Below, piece by piece: positions 32,685-43,422 of a DNA stretch of 64,000 bases. Numbering within the stretch: the first letter of the stretch is position 1; every line of letters starts with the position of its first letter. The notes below the pieces were generated by a model. It made no database searches. It saw only the letters and a list, made by a program, of their open reading frames with translations, and had not been told where the DNA came from. The position numbers and the translations under genes are program-made. The DNA is taken from assembly GCA_965218435.1 (NCBI GenBank), contig CBDCKW010000009.1:3104001-3168000 (forward strand). The letters are read 5' to 3'. Source of the DNA: Truepera sp. GTDB lineage: Bacteria > Deinococcota > Deinococci > Deinococcales > Trueperaceae.

Positions 32685-34274
32685 TTAGTTAAGAGGTGGG
32701 GTGGCCCGACTCGAAACGCGCCGCCGTACCAGGGCGGCGAGCGGAACGTAAAGCGCCAACCCCAGAACGAGCAGGTCACCGAAACGGACATACGGGGTGA
32801 GGCCACGCCGCGCCCCGTAATGCACCGTTAGTGCGCCGCGTTCACCCCGCGGCAATTCCGCCTCAACCTGACCGAGTGGGTTGACGAGCGCGGTAATACC
32901 GTCATTCCCGTCACGCAGGAGGTAGCGGCGCGTCTCGATGGCCCGGAGGTTCCCCATTGAAAAGTGTTGCCGCGCTCCCTGACCAAACCCAAACCAAGCA
33001 TCGTTTGAAATATTGACCAAAACCTGTGCGCCCCGCGCCGTCATGGTGCGCGCAATTTGCGGGAAAACCGATTCGTAGCAGATATAGGCGGCGACCGAAG
33101 TCCCGGCAATACTGAGCGGTGCAATTGCCTGACCGGGCGGGCGGCTCTGCAAGAGCGGATAGCCGAACCAACCGAAAATCGTGCGGTAGATGGGCTCGAG
33201 CGGCCCAATCAGGGGAAAATACTCACCGAAGGGCACGAGATACACCTTGTCGTAGCGTCCGGTCACTTGCGCGTTCTCGAGCCCGAACACACTGTTCGAG
33301 GAGCTAAAAACTTCGCGGTCATCTATCGCCCCGCCCCCGGTGATGACCGGTTGCCCCCCGGCACTCTGCTGAATCTGCTCACGGTCGGGTGCAGCGTAAG
33401 GGCTCGTCAGGTCATAACCGTAATAAAGCAGGCCGAGCGCCACTCCCTCCGGCCACACTACGACGTTGACCGGCGTAGCCTCCTCTTGTAACGCTTTGTG
33501 TGTTAGGCGGCGGTAGAGCCCCAATTCACCGCCGGGGTCAGTCACACGGGCAAAAGGGTCCGTACTCCCCTGCACCAGCACCGCCGTTTTCGGAACCGCA
33601 AGCGTCACCGTCTGCACTCTGAAAATCCCGTAGCCCAACCACGACGCGGCGAGGAGCAGCCCGAACGTCCACGCCAGCCGCTTTTTGGGACGAGACACCG
33701 GTACCGCTCTAAACGACTTAGACCTGGTAACCGCACGTTGAGGACGGTAGACGAGCGGCGAGACCAAGAGCGACAGCACCGAGAGCGTCAATAAACTGAG
33801 GCCGTAAACCCCAGCAAGGTCTGCAGCTTGCGATAAAGGCGTGCCGACCCAGACGTAGCCGAGCACGCCCCACGGAAACGCAAACGGCCCCTGCGTCCGC
33901 GCCCACTCCATCAGAACCCAGAGTGCAGGCAAGAGCCAGAGCGCCCCGACGCCGCGCCCGCCTAGAAGCCGCGCCGTCAACGTCACGAGTCCCCAAAACA
34001 CGCCTAGTACCGCGATCAGGGGTGGATAGAGCAACCAGAAAAAGCCGCCCGAGTAGGGCGCGAAGCTTTCGGGCAACCATAAAAGGTAGAGCGCAAAAAA
34101 GCCCAGGCCGAAAAAGAATCCCGGCCAGAAGGCGGCGCGGGCGCTCAGGCTGTTGACGCTCAGAAGGATAAGCGGGACGAGAGCGAGGACCAGCAGCCAC
34201 AGCTCGACTGGAGGAAAAGCTAGACTTAAGAGCGCACCGCATAACAGAGCTAAGACCGCACGCGCAAAAAACAC
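32685..34274 (-). CDS. lnt: Apolipoprotein N-acyltransferase
   Basis: VVWPEG, KVYLVPFGEY, ICYE and ISNDAWFG catalytic motifs. Confidence 0.96.
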   Translation of the reverse strand: MFFARAVLALLCGALLSLAFPPVELWLLVLALVPLILLSVNSLSARAAFWPGFFFGLGFFALYLLWLPESFAPYSGGFFWLLYPPLIAVLGVFWGLVTLTARLLGGRGVGALWLLPALWVLMEWARTQGPFAFPWGVLGYVWVGTPLSQAADLAGVYGLSLLTLSVLSLLVSPLVYRPQRAVTRSKSFRAVPVSRPKKRLAWTFGLLLAASWLGYGIFRVQTVTLAVPKTAVLVQGSTDPFARVTDPGGELGLYRRLTHKALQEEATPVNVVVWPEGVALGLLYYGYDLTSPYAAPDREQIQQSAGGQPVITGGGAIDDREVFSSSNSVFGLENAQVTGRYDKVYLVPFGEYFPLIGPLEPIYRTIFGWFGYPLLQSRPPGQAIAPLSIAGTSVAAYICYESVFPQIARTMTARGAQVLVNISNDAWFGFGQGARQHFSMGNLRAIETRRYLLRDGNDGITALVNPLGQVEAELPRGERGALTVHYGARRGLTPYVRFGDLLVLGLALYVPLAALVRRRVSSRATPPLN

Positions 34275-34342
34275 AAAGGTTACCGTATCACGCGCCTATG
34301 TGAAGGGGCGGTCAAAAGCAGTTGGAAGCGGTTAGAAAACCC

Positions 34343-35461
34343 TTAAGAAGCACTTAGCAAAGACGCCAAGAGCGCCACCCGCTCTAAGGTCTCCCGCAGC
34401 CGGATGTGTTCATGCCGTGCGTGCGGCCCCGCCCCGACCGACCCGAGACCGTCCAGTGTCGGGATGCCAAGCGCCGAAGTAAAGTTGCCGTCCGACCCGC
34501 CGCCGACGACCGCGCCTTCGCCGGTAAAACCGAGCTGCTTGGTGCGCCCAAAAAGCTCGAGGTTTGCTCTAGTGGGCTCGAGGGGAGGCCGGTTCAGCCC
34601 GCCCAAAACTGAAACTTTAACCCGTTCGTCTTGGGGAACATAGCTCTTGACGGCCGCTTCAACACGTTCACCTTCGCTCAGCGTGAGTACCCGAAAGTCC
34701 AGCGTCGCAGTAGCCGTTTCTGCAATGACATTCCCGACGCTGCCACCGTGGGCAACGGTCAAGTTGACGCTTGTCCCGGCTCTAGCGTCGCTCAGAGCTT
34801 CGGCAAAAAGTAGAAAATGCGCCAACTCACGGAGTGCTGACGCGCCGAGTTCGGGGTTGTTGCCCGCATGGGCGCTCCGGCCCAAAAACGTCACCTGAAA
34901 GTCGCCGACGCCTTTACGCCCGACCTTGAGTGCGCCGTCGTCGCGCCCCGGCTCTAAGACAAATACCCGGTCGTGTTCTTTAGCGAGCGTTTCAATGAGC
35001 GCCCGCGAATGGCGGCTGCCCGCCTCTTCGTCCGCCGAGATCAGGAGCGTCACCGGGCCTACGAGCGCACCTTCGGCCTCGACCAGTGACACGGCCCCCA
35101 TCGCCCCCACAATGCCCGCTTTCATATCGAGCACGCCGGGGCCGTAAACCTCGTCCCCTTCGTGCTTAAAAGGCATTACGGCAAGCGTGCCGAGCGGCCA
35201 GACCGTATCGCAGTGCGTTAGCAGCAAGCTTTTTGGCCCCTGACCACCTTTTTTACGTGCGATGAGTGTGTCCCCAACCGTTTCACTCGGGTGCCTTTCA
35301 ACCGACCAACCGCGCAGGTTGAGGAGCGCCCACAAATGCGAGACGAGCTGATCAACGGCGCGTTTGTCAGTCGTGGGGGACTCGAGCCGAACCAGCGACT
35401 CCAAAGTCTCTAGGTAGGTGGACGTTGCGGCAAAAGCGGCGTCGGTCAGGGCCTGCGTCAT
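34343..35461 (-). CDS. M20 family metallopeptidase (glutamate carboxypeptidase-like)
   Basis: HCDTVW, GPGVLDMKAG, ADEEAGS and GGSDGNF motifs. Confidence 0.92.
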   Translation of the reverse strand: MTQALTDAAFAATSTYLETLESLVRLESPTTDKRAVDQLVSHLWALLNLRGWSVERHPSETVGDTLIARKKGGQGPKSLLLTHCDTVWPLGTLAVMPFKHEGDEVYGPGVLDMKAGIVGAMGAVSLVEAEGALVGPVTLLISADEEAGSRHSRALIETLAKEHDRVFVLEPGRDDGALKVGRKGVGDFQVTFLGRSAHAGNNPELGASALRELAHFLLFAEALSDARAGTSVNLTVAHGGSVGNVIAETATATLDFRVLTLSEGERVEAAVKSYVPQDERVKVSVLGGLNRPPLEPTRANLELFGRTKQLGFTGEGAVVGGGSDGNFTSALGIPTLDGLGSVGAGPHARHEHIRLRETLERVALLASLLSAS

Positions 35462-35644
35462 GGCCTATGCTAACACCCGAGTCAGCTACTGAACGAACCT
35501 GCTGAGCCGGGAGCAGGCAGGTAGGCGCTTGCAATGTGCTACAGAGAAGTAGTCAGAATCCAGAAGACAGCATGGTCGCGGCACATTAAAAAAATAACGT
35601 TACTTAAACGTGTAAACTTGGAAACAGCAGAAGCAGAACTCGGC

Positions 35645-35992
35645 CTAAGGCGTTTCGTGCTTTTCCTCGGCCTGGTGGGGCTTTTCTTTAAGATAGCTCT
35701 CCCACAGGTTTTCGGCGAGAAGCCGTACCGTGGGGTCGCCGGTCGTGCGGGCGTAGGAGTAGCCGACGCGCAGGTCGTGTTGCGCCGCCCGGTCGCGTTT
35801 GTCTGAGGCGAGGCTGTAACGCGCCAAGTAGACGTGTGCTAAGAGAACGTCGCGTTGCCCCTGCGGTTTGACGGCGTGGAGGTCACGGAGCGCGTCGGCG
35901 TACGCACGAAGTGCGCCGCGCCGGTTGCCCGCTTCGGCAAGTTCGCGGCCGCGCCGAAGATGACCGCCTGCGTTGTAAAGAAGCTCGCGCAC
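35645..35992 (-). CDS. Hypothetical helical (TPR-like) protein
   Basis: 115 aa ORF with a purine-rich AGGAGGAGG element just upstream; helical composition. Confidence 0.6.
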   Translation of the reverse strand: MRELLYNAGGHLRRGRELAEAGNRRGALRAYADALRDLHAVKPQGQRDVLLAHVYLARYSLASDKRDRAAQHDLRVGYSYARTTGDPTVRLLAENLWESYLKEKPHQAEEKHETP

Positions 35993-36215
35993 CCTCCTCC
36001 TAACATCAACCGCGAGTATAACGCGCGCCGCTTACAAAACTGTTTTTTAGAGGCTTTGACAGCATTTTTGCCGATCTTTAGCCGAGCTGAGCCCTAGATC
36101 AGGCGTAGGTTCCCGCCTTACCTGGGTTCAGCGGTACCGTCAGCAACCCGACGTTTAAGCCTTTCAGATTTAAGCCTTTTAGAACGGAAAGGCTCGCAAA
36201 AAACGTGCCGGTAGC

Positions 36216-38438
36216 TCAAACCTTCCGTAAAAGGTTTGTCAGCGCGTCCGCCGGTACCGGGCGACCGAACAGATAGCCTTGCGCCTGCTTGCAGCCGTGA
36301 GTCCGCAAAAAATCCGCTTGGGCCGCTGTTTCTACGCCCTCGGCGACGACGCCTAGCTTCATGCTTTGGGCCATCGCCAAAATCGTTTTGACGATCACGA
36401 CGTCATTTTCGTTTTCAGGCACACCCGTCAGGAACGAACGGTCGATCTTGAGGGTGTGAAGCGGCAAACGCTTGAGATAACCGAGCGACGCGTAGCCGGT
36501 GCCGAAATCGTCGATAGAAAGTCCCAGACCCAGATTGTCAAGCGTTTGGAAGTGGGCGACGGTTTCGTCCGTCTCTTCGATAAACACGCTTTCGGTCAGC
36601 TCTAAGACGACACTCGCAGGGGGCAAGCCGAGGCGTCCCAGCGTCTCCCGAACGGTGCTGAGCAGCTGAGGCTGCAGCTGCCGCGCCGACACGTTGACCG
36701 CTACAAAAAGCTCGGTATGCCCCGCCTCGCGCCACTTTTTAAGCTGCGTCAACGCTTGTTCCAGCACCCAGGTTCCGAGGGTGACGATCAGCCCCGTTTG
36801 TTCAGCGACGGGGATAAAGGTGCCCGGCAAAACCAGGCCGCGTTCCGGCTGCTGCCAGCGTAACAGCGCCTCGACGCCGACGATTTTTTGGGTCTCGAGC
36901 GCGACGATAGGTTGATAATAGAGGCGCAGTTCTTGACGTGCTAACGCGCCCTCGAGGTCGCGTTCCAAACGCAGCCGTTCACGTTGGTCGGTGTCCATCT
37001 CCGCGTCGAAAACCGCGCTGCTACCCCGGCCCAAAGTCTTCGCACGCCTCAAGGCGGTGTCGGCGTTTCGCAAAAGCGCCTCGGGCCGAGCTTCTTCGGG
37101 GGAACTCAGGGCGATTCCGATGCTCGTGCCCAGCTGCGCCGCCTGGGGAAGCGTAACAGGGGGCGTGAAAGCCTGTTGGATGCGCTCGGCTACTCCAGCA
37201 GCGTCTGGCAACGTGCCGGGCGTTAAGAGCACGGTAAACTCGTCGCCCCCAAAACGCGCCACCGTATCGCCCGGACGAAGGCAGTGCTCGAGGCGGCGCG
37301 CCGCTTCGACGAGTACCGCGTCACCGGCGTCGTGCCCTAGACCGTCGTTAATCTCCTTGAAGCGGTCGAGGTCAATAAAGAGAACAGCTACCTGTGCGCC
37401 CCTTGCCGCCCCGTCTACGGCACGTTCCAAACGTTCCAAAAAGAGCGCCCGGTTGGGTAGACCGGTCAGCACATCGTGAAAGGCGATGTAGTGAAGGCGC
37501 TCGGTAGCCCGTTTGCGCTCAGTGACGAGCGCACCCAGTAAAATCCCCAGGTGAGTCAGGGTCAGCAGACCGAACTGCAAAGCGAAACCGCTGACACTCC
37601 TGAATTCGGGAAAAGTAAAGAGTGCAATGCAGATATTTATAAATAGGGTGGTCGCAGTTGCCCAGCCAAAGCCGTACCAACCTGCAATAAACAGCACGGG
37701 AACAAACGTGACGTAAGAATGGTCTAACGTCAGGGTTTGAGGAACCGCGTAGGCGATAAAAGCAGTTAGAGCGAGGAGACCGGCGAAAAGAAAGATTCTC
37801 CACGCTTCTTTAGCGTCGGGCCAACGCCAAACTGCCTTTTGCACGCCGTTCGTTTTTGACGTTACCCAAGGGGTGTAGCGCAGCATAACGAGACAAAAAG
37901 GAGCGAGCGCGCCAATTCCAGTAGCGTCCCCGGCGGCGTACTGCAACATAAGCGTAAACCATTCTGACCAGTTGATAAGACCGAAAAGCGCGAAGTTTGT
38001 GATACTAGTCAGGCTGGCGGCGAGCGGCGCTAAAAAGGCTCCGAAGAGCATCAACCAGGCCACGTCACGAAGGTGATGGAGGTGCGGATCAACCTGCAAG
38101 CGCCTTAAAACCAGCACAGTCCCGCCGTAAACGAGCGAATAGCTCAGCGCGTTGACAAGTGAAGAGAGTAGCGGATGCGAGGCGTCATTGACAAGCTGTA
38201 CGAGCAAGACCGCAGCAAAGACGAGCGGAAGCTTTTTAAGGCCGAAGGCAAAGAGCAGCACGAAGGTCAGGGCGGCGGGCAGGTACCAAACAGAAATACC
38301 CGATCCGACATCAAACATTAGAGAAACCGTGTCTAGCAAAAGGTAGCTGAGAAGATAAAGAACGACCGTGAGAGAGGCGCGTACAAGGCGTGGCAAAGAC
38401 CACCAGCCCGACGCAACCCGAAACAAAACGGCGCTCAC
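36216..38438 (-). CDS. Membrane sensor (MASE1-like)-GGDEF-EAL c-di-GMP enzyme
   Basis: Multi-TM N-terminus; HDVLTGLPNR, RPGD I-site, intact GGDEF, EAL and DDFGTG. Confidence 0.93.
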   Translation of the reverse strand: MSAVLFRVASGWWSLPRLVRASLTVVLYLLSYLLLDTVSLMFDVGSGISVWYLPAALTFVLLFAFGLKKLPLVFAAVLLVQLVNDASHPLLSSLVNALSYSLVYGGTVLVLRRLQVDPHLHHLRDVAWLMLFGAFLAPLAASLTSITNFALFGLINWSEWFTLMLQYAAGDATGIGALAPFCLVMLRYTPWVTSKTNGVQKAVWRWPDAKEAWRIFLFAGLLALTAFIAYAVPQTLTLDHSYVTFVPVLFIAGWYGFGWATATTLFINICIALFTFPEFRSVSGFALQFGLLTLTHLGILLGALVTERKRATERLHYIAFHDVLTGLPNRALFLERLERAVDGAARGAQVAVLFIDLDRFKEINDGLGHDAGDAVLVEAARRLEHCLRPGDTVARFGGDEFTVLLTPGTLPDAAGVAERIQQAFTPPVTLPQAAQLGTSIGIALSSPEEARPEALLRNADTALRRAKTLGRGSSAVFDAEMDTDQRERLRLERDLEGALARQELRLYYQPIVALETQKIVGVEALLRWQQPERGLVLPGTFIPVAEQTGLIVTLGTWVLEQALTQLKKWREAGHTELFVAVNVSARQLQPQLLSTVRETLGRLGLPPASVVLELTESVFIEETDETVAHFQTLDNLGLGLSIDDFGTGYASLGYLKRLPLHTLKIDRSFLTGVPENENDVVIVKTILAMAQSMKLGVVAEGVETAAQADFLRTHGCKQAQGYLFGRPVPADALTNLLRKV

Positions 38439-38873
38439 ACTTTCTGCGTTCTGATGCTTAACGTCAAAAGCTCGTAGCTTCGTAAGTCGTTTGAGCTACG
38501 TTTCCACCAAGCCCCGCCCACTCTTGTCCCCCTGGGTCGAAGTCACGAAAAGGGTTTTGACCCGTGAACGCGACGATATTGTTGTATGACTTTAACTCAA
38601 AAAAAGCTTAGGAGTTCTTCATACGGTTTTTAACACAGTTCTTAAACCGGGGCAGCGCATTAAAAGGTTGTAGGTTCCCAGCGGGGCTCGAGCCTTCACT
38701 CAGACAGTTACGATCGGGTAGTTACGACCAGGCAGTTTGAAGTGATACGTCATCTTAAAATGAGTGCTGGACGAGCTTTCGGCTACAGAGCGGAGTCGAG
38801 GGGAGGCTGGCCGCGCTAGGGTGCCTGTAGCCGAGTTAAGCAGGTACGTCTTTTAATCGCCTAAGCTGAGTTT

Positions 38874-39107
38874 ATGGGAATGCTCGAGCTAGGCAAAACG
38901 CGGCGGCAAAAATGGCGAATCGTCTGGCTGCTCGCCCTTTTACAAGTCGCCGCTATCGCCCTCATTATCGGTATCTTTTTGGTCGTACGGAGCGCGCAGC
39001 TGCCGCCCGTGTGGGCTGTTTTACTGATCATCGCGACCGTCACCTGGCTGTTTACCTTTGTGCTGCTGTTCGTCAATATCGCGTACTTTTTTCTTAAACG
39101 GGACTAG
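38874..39107 (+). CDS. Small two-TM hypothetical protein
   Basis: Two hydrophobic helices; TAAGCT-6nt-ATG. Confidence 0.6.
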   Translation: MGMLELGKTRRQKWRIVWLLALLQVAAIALIIGIFLVVRSAQLPPVWAVLLIIATVTWLFTFVLLFVNIAYFFLKRD

Positions 39108-39164
39108 CATCTCGTCGGATTTCTACGGCTGGCTTTATTTACCCGGATTAGGCTAGGCTAGATT

Positions 39165-39857
39165 GTGTTAAGTGACCTCGAGCTTCTTACCTTGCAGACC
39201 GAAACGCTCTTTGTGCAAAACGAGGCGAAACGGCTTTTGTACACGAACGAGCCAGATAAACCCGAAGCGCCACGGTTCTTTCTGGGCCGGACAAACCAAG
39301 GCGTCATCTGCCGGTTTCGTGATGATGTACCAGAAAAACTTTGCCAAGAGTTAGCAGAGCTGGCTGGAGAAACTGAAGTTTGGAGGCTTGATGAGCCCGG
39401 TGACTTGGGGCCCTTTCAAACTGTCTTGCGTCAGCATGGACCCATTCAAAGCATAGAGTCGGGACCGGCGTACCGGTTTCCAGGCACAGTTCAACCCTCA
39501 CCCGGCGTTGTAACCGTCAACGAAACCAACGCCGACCTTTTGGACGCAGAGTTTGCCGAGTGGAAGGCCGATTTGAAGTTTATACAACCCTGCGTTGCAG
39601 TAATCCAGGAAAATCATGCGGTGTCCTTGTGTTGCAGCTCGAGAACCTCGCCTTACGCGGCTGAAGCGGGGCTCGAGACTATTCCCGCAGCTCGAGGCAG
39701 AGGCTACGCCGTGCAGGTTGTCAGAGCTTGGGCCGCAGAGGTGGCTAAAACCGGGCGCGTCCCGCTTTACAGCACGTCTTGGGAGAATAGGGCGTCGAGG
39801 GCAGTCGCCAAAAAGCTAGGGCTTATTATTTACGCGACCGACCTGCACTTTACCTAA
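39165..39857 (+). CDS. GNAT N-acetyltransferase
   Basis: ARGRGYA and NRASRAVAKKLG motifs. Confidence 0.88.
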   Translation: MLSDLELLTLQTETLFVQNEAKRLLYTNEPDKPEAPRFFLGRTNQGVICRFRDDVPEKLCQELAELAGETEVWRLDEPGDLGPFQTVLRQHGPIQSIESGPAYRFPGTVQPSPGVVTVNETNADLLDAEFAEWKADLKFIQPCVAVIQENHAVSLCCSSRTSPYAAEAGLETIPAARGRGYAVQVVRAWAAEVAKTGRVPLYSTSWENRASRAVAKKLGLIIYATDLHFT

Positions 39858-39895
39858 ACATCTAACCCAAGACCGCGCGACTTACACTTGTTTGG

Positions 39896-40564
39896 ATGAA
39901 AGCTTTGCGAAAACATCGCCCCCACCTGAGCGTTTCCCTGCTCCTCTACTGGGGCGTCCTCTTAGGTGCGCTCTGGGTGTTTGGGGAACTCGCCGGTGAG
40001 GTTTACGAAAAAGAAGGCTTTTTCTTCGACGCACCGATTTTAGCTTGGTTCGCTCATCATCAAGTTTCTTGGGCGGTCAAGGCGTCACAAATTCTCTATC
40101 TTTGGGGGTCGCCGCAAGCGTTGGGCGTCACGACCGCCGTGCTGATGCTCATACTTTGGCTTGGGCTGCGCAACCCTCGAGCCTCCCTCTTTTTAGCTCT
40201 CAGCTTGGGTGGGGCCATGCTCTTAAACGTCTTGTTCAAGCTCTTTTTTGCTAGGGCGCGGCCTGCTTTGTCCGAGCAGCTCACCCCGGCCCCCGGCTAC
40301 TCGTTTCCGAGCGGGCACGCGATGGGAAGTATGGCGTTCTTTTTGGCGCTGTATCTGCTGGTCGCGCAGCTCGCTCCGCGTTGGCGCACTCTAGCTGGCG
40401 TGCTCGCCGCATTTTTTACGCTCTGCATCGGGGTCTCGAGGCTCATTTTACAAGTTCACTATCCGTCCGATGTGCTGGCAGGGTGGGCGCTTTCGGCAGC
40501 GTGGGTGTTAGGCGTCAACCTCATCTATACGCGGACTCGCCGTAAAACGAGTTCAGCGGCGTAA
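39896..40564 (+). CDS. PAP2 family phosphatase
   Basis: K......RP, FPSGH and SRL..VHY.SD motifs. Confidence 0.93.
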   Translation: MKALRKHRPHLSVSLLLYWGVLLGALWVFGELAGEVYEKEGFFFDAPILAWFAHHQVSWAVKASQILYLWGSPQALGVTTAVLMLILWLGLRNPRASLFLALSLGGAMLLNVLFKLFFARARPALSEQLTPAPGYSFPSGHAMGSMAFFLALYLLVAQLAPRWRTLAGVLAAFFTLCIGVSRLILQVHYPSDVLAGWALSAAWVLGVNLIYTRTRRKTSSAA

Positions 40565-40609
40565 AAAACGCTCAGAGGGGGCATGATTGCGTTATGATAG
40601 GCCGTTTTT

Positions 40610-41941
40610 ATGGTGGCTTCTCTTAAAACTCTCCTGAACCGGCCCAGCAGCGCAGGGCGCGGCGCGGTCTTTACCTTCGGCCTCAGAATCGTCTCGACCG
40701 GCCTGACGTTTGCGACAGCGACGATTTTGGCGCGGCTATTAGGGGCAAAGGGTTACGGTACTTACGCGCTGGCGCTCGAGTGGCTCACCTTTTTAACCGT
40801 CCCGACAGCCCTCGGGATGGACCGTTTTATGGTACGGGAAATCTCAATTTTCCGGGCGCAGGAAAAATGGGACAAGCTATACGGCTTTTTACGGTGGGGC
40901 AACCTCGCTGTGCTGACTTTCTCACTCATCGTGGCCGGAGTCGGTGCGCTCATCGTGACCTATACCGTCCGCGACCGGGACGCGCTGCGCCTGAGTTTGT
41001 ATCTCATCCTTGCGGCGTTGCCGCTGATGTCTTTGACAACGCTGCGGCAGGCCGCCATGCGCGGCTTTGACCATATCGTCGGCGGACAGTGGCCCGAACT
41101 CGTTTTACGGCCTCTGCTGATCGTTGCCCTCAGCGTATCCGCGTGGATTTTGCTGCCCCGGTTTTCGGTACAGTTCTCTGCGCCGTGGGCGGTTGGCGCA
41201 CTTTGCACCGCGACGCTCGTCGCGTTTTCAGTAGGTGCATATCTGCTCACCCGCGTTTTGCGGGACGCTCCGGCTGCCACGCCAAGCTATGAGCGGTCGT
41301 GGCTTAAGACGGCCTTACCCTTTATGCTTATCAGCGGGATGTATGTGCTGAACGCGCGTACCAGCATTTTGATGCTGGGCGCACTCGGCACACCGACGGA
41401 CGCCGGACTTTATCAGTTCGCCTCACGAGGGGCCGACTTTATTGCGATGGTGCTTTTGGCCGTCAACACCGCCTTCGCGCCGCTTTTGGCGCGGCTCTAT
41501 GCCCAGGGCAAACAGCGGCAGCTCGAGTCCGCCGTCGCCCGGAGTACCCGGACCATTACGCTGGTCTCGCTACCTATCGCGCTCTGCTTTATCTTTTTCG
41601 GTGGACTATTTCTAGCTATTCCCGGCCCTGAGTTTGCCGGAGCCAGGGCCACCCTGACAATTCTCAGCATCGGTCAACTGATCAACGCCGCGACCGGCAC
41701 CGTCGCTATGCTCCTAAACATGACTGGACACGAACGCGATACGGCGCTCGTCGTCGGGATGAGCGCCGTTGCCAACATCGCCTTAAACCTGCTCCTCATC
41801 CCAAGGTTGGGGCTCGAGGGTGCCGCCATCGCCACCGCGCTCGGAACGCTCGCTTGGAACGTGCTGCTCTCATATTTTGTCTACAAACGGCTCGGCTTTT
41901 ACTCGGTTTTGGGGCTTTACACCCTGCGCAAACGCAGCTAG
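40610..41941 (+). CDS. Wzx-type oligosaccharide flippase
   Basis: LARLLGAKGYG, NIALNLLLIP.LGLEGAAIAT, about 12 TM segments. Confidence 0.9.
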   Translation: MVASLKTLLNRPSSAGRGAVFTFGLRIVSTGLTFATATILARLLGAKGYGTYALALEWLTFLTVPTALGMDRFMVREISIFRAQEKWDKLYGFLRWGNLAVLTFSLIVAGVGALIVTYTVRDRDALRLSLYLILAALPLMSLTTLRQAAMRGFDHIVGGQWPELVLRPLLIVALSVSAWILLPRFSVQFSAPWAVGALCTATLVAFSVGAYLLTRVLRDAPAATPSYERSWLKTALPFMLISGMYVLNARTSILMLGALGTPTDAGLYQFASRGADFIAMVLLAVNTAFAPLLARLYAQGKQRQLESAVARSTRTITLVSLPIALCFIFFGGLFLAIPGPEFAGARATLTILSIGQLINAATGTVAMLLNMTGHERDTALVVGMSAVANIALNLLLIPRLGLEGAAIATALGTLAWNVLLSYFVYKRLGFYSVLGLYTLRKRS

Positions 41942-41977
41942 CGCCGGGTAGTAGGTATAGTTATAGTACAGGGCCTT

Positions 41978-42532
41978 ATGTTGACCCAGAGACTTATCTT
42001 AAAAAGACCTACTGAAGCCGACATTGACGCTATCTTTGAGCTTCACAGCGACCCCAGAACGAACACGCACAATCCTGCCGGACCCATGCAGACTCGCGCC
42101 GCTGCTGCCGAACTTTTTAAGACGTGGGACGCGAGCTGGCTCGAGCACGGTTACGGCTACTGGACAGTTACTCTGCTAAGCGAGCCCAAAACTGTCATCG
42201 GCTTTGGCGGCGTGATGAAAAAGTCCATTGCGCCGGACTTATACGGCAACAACCTATATTTCAGATTTAGGCCCGAAGTTTGGGGGCGAGGCTACGCGGG
42301 TGAGATGGTCAGTGCAGCGTTAGCGCATACCTTTGACAAAATGGGGCAAGAACGCGTATTCGGTAGCACAAGGGTTTCTAACATTTCGTCACGTAAAACC
42401 CTCGAGCGTGCTAGTTTCAAACTTATCGGTACAGTTGAGGATGTACCAGACCGAGAACCGAGTGTGCTTTACAGGCTCGAGCGTAGTGCGTTCAAAACGA
42501 AAAACCAAGAAAGCCGCACATCATGCCGCTGA
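41978..42532 (+). CDS. GNAT N-acetyltransferase
   Basis: WGRGYAGE and NISSRKTLE motifs. Confidence 0.85.
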   Translation: MLTQRLILKRPTEADIDAIFELHSDPRTNTHNPAGPMQTRAAAAELFKTWDASWLEHGYGYWTVTLLSEPKTVIGFGGVMKKSIAPDLYGNNLYFRFRPEVWGRGYAGEMVSAALAHTFDKMGQERVFGSTRVSNISSRKTLERASFKLIGTVEDVPDREPSVLYRLERSAFKTKNQESRTSCR

Positions 42533-43422
42533 CTAAGCAGCTTAAACAGTTCGTTTACAACCAGAAGTTTCGCCTCGAGGTTTGGTCTGCCGGACGCCGC
42601 ACCGACTTGCCGCTCGTCAAACCCGACTTTTTAGGTATCGGCACCGCACGTTCGGCAAGCACTTGGTTACACGCACGGCTTTCACAGCACCCAGACGTGT
42701 ACCTGCCCGAACTTAAAGAGCTGCATTTTTTTAACGAACGCCGCGAGCATAGGCCGTGTGACGTGTCCGGCGCGAGCTGGACGCGCCCGGTTTACTTTGA
42801 CCCGGAGAACCCCACGCACTGGCGCTGGTACAGCCTGCAGTTTCTGCCCGGTAGAGATAAGGTCAAGGGTGAAATCACTCCGGATTATTCAACGCTCTCA
42901 GCCGAGCGCGTAGGTAAGATTAAAGAATACCTACCTGACGCAAAGATTATCCTGCTGATTCGCAACCCCATTGACCGCGCTTGGTCGGGGCTGCGGTATT
43001 CGTGGCAGCGGCATCAGGGCGAGGCCCTCAGCCCGGACGAGGTTGACCGGCTGATGCGGGCCGCGCTGCACCCCGAGCGCCTTTTGCGGGGCGACTATCC
43101 GATGACCTTGACGAACTGGGAGACGCACTTTCCGGCCTCGCAACGGCTCTACATCTTTTACGACGACGTGGTGACGCAGCCGAGCGTCGAGCTTAAACGC
43201 GTCGCTGAGTTTTTAGGGATTGACCCGGCCAAACTCGCGCAAACTGGTGACGCCCGCCGCGTCAATACTGCGCCCGCTGAGAACGTTCCGCCAGAGGTGC
43301 GGGGACGGCTGCAAGATTATTACGAACCGCAGATACATTGGCTGGAAGACCATCTAAGCCGCGATTTGTCGGGGTGGCTCGAGCTTACCTCAACCAAAGC
43401 ACCGCTCGAGCCAGCGCGATGA
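42523..43422 (+). CDS. PAPS-dependent sulfotransferase 1
   Basis: GTARSASTWL (variant 5'-PSB loop), KELHFF, GEITPDY and RNPIDRAWS (3'-PB). Confidence 0.9.
   Translation: MPLTKQLKQFVYNQKFRLEVWSAGRRTDLPLVKPDFLGIGTARSASTWLHARLSQHPDVYLPELKELHFFNERREHRPCDVSGASWTRPVYFDPENPTHWRWYSLQFLPGRDKVKGEITPDYSTLSAERVGKIKEYLPDAKIILLIRNPIDRAWSGLRYSWQRHQGEALSPDEVDRLMRAALHPERLLRGDYPMTLTNWETHFPASQRLYIFYDDVVTQPSVELKRVAEFLGIDPAKLAQTGDARRVNTAPAENVPPEVRGRLQDYYEPQIHWLEDHLSRDLSGWLELTSTKAPLEPAR

Noticed and set aside
38439..38873. c-di-GMP riboswitch upstream of the GGDEF-EAL gene
   Set aside because: A hairpin exists near 38537-38575, but the class I and II consensus elements were not found.
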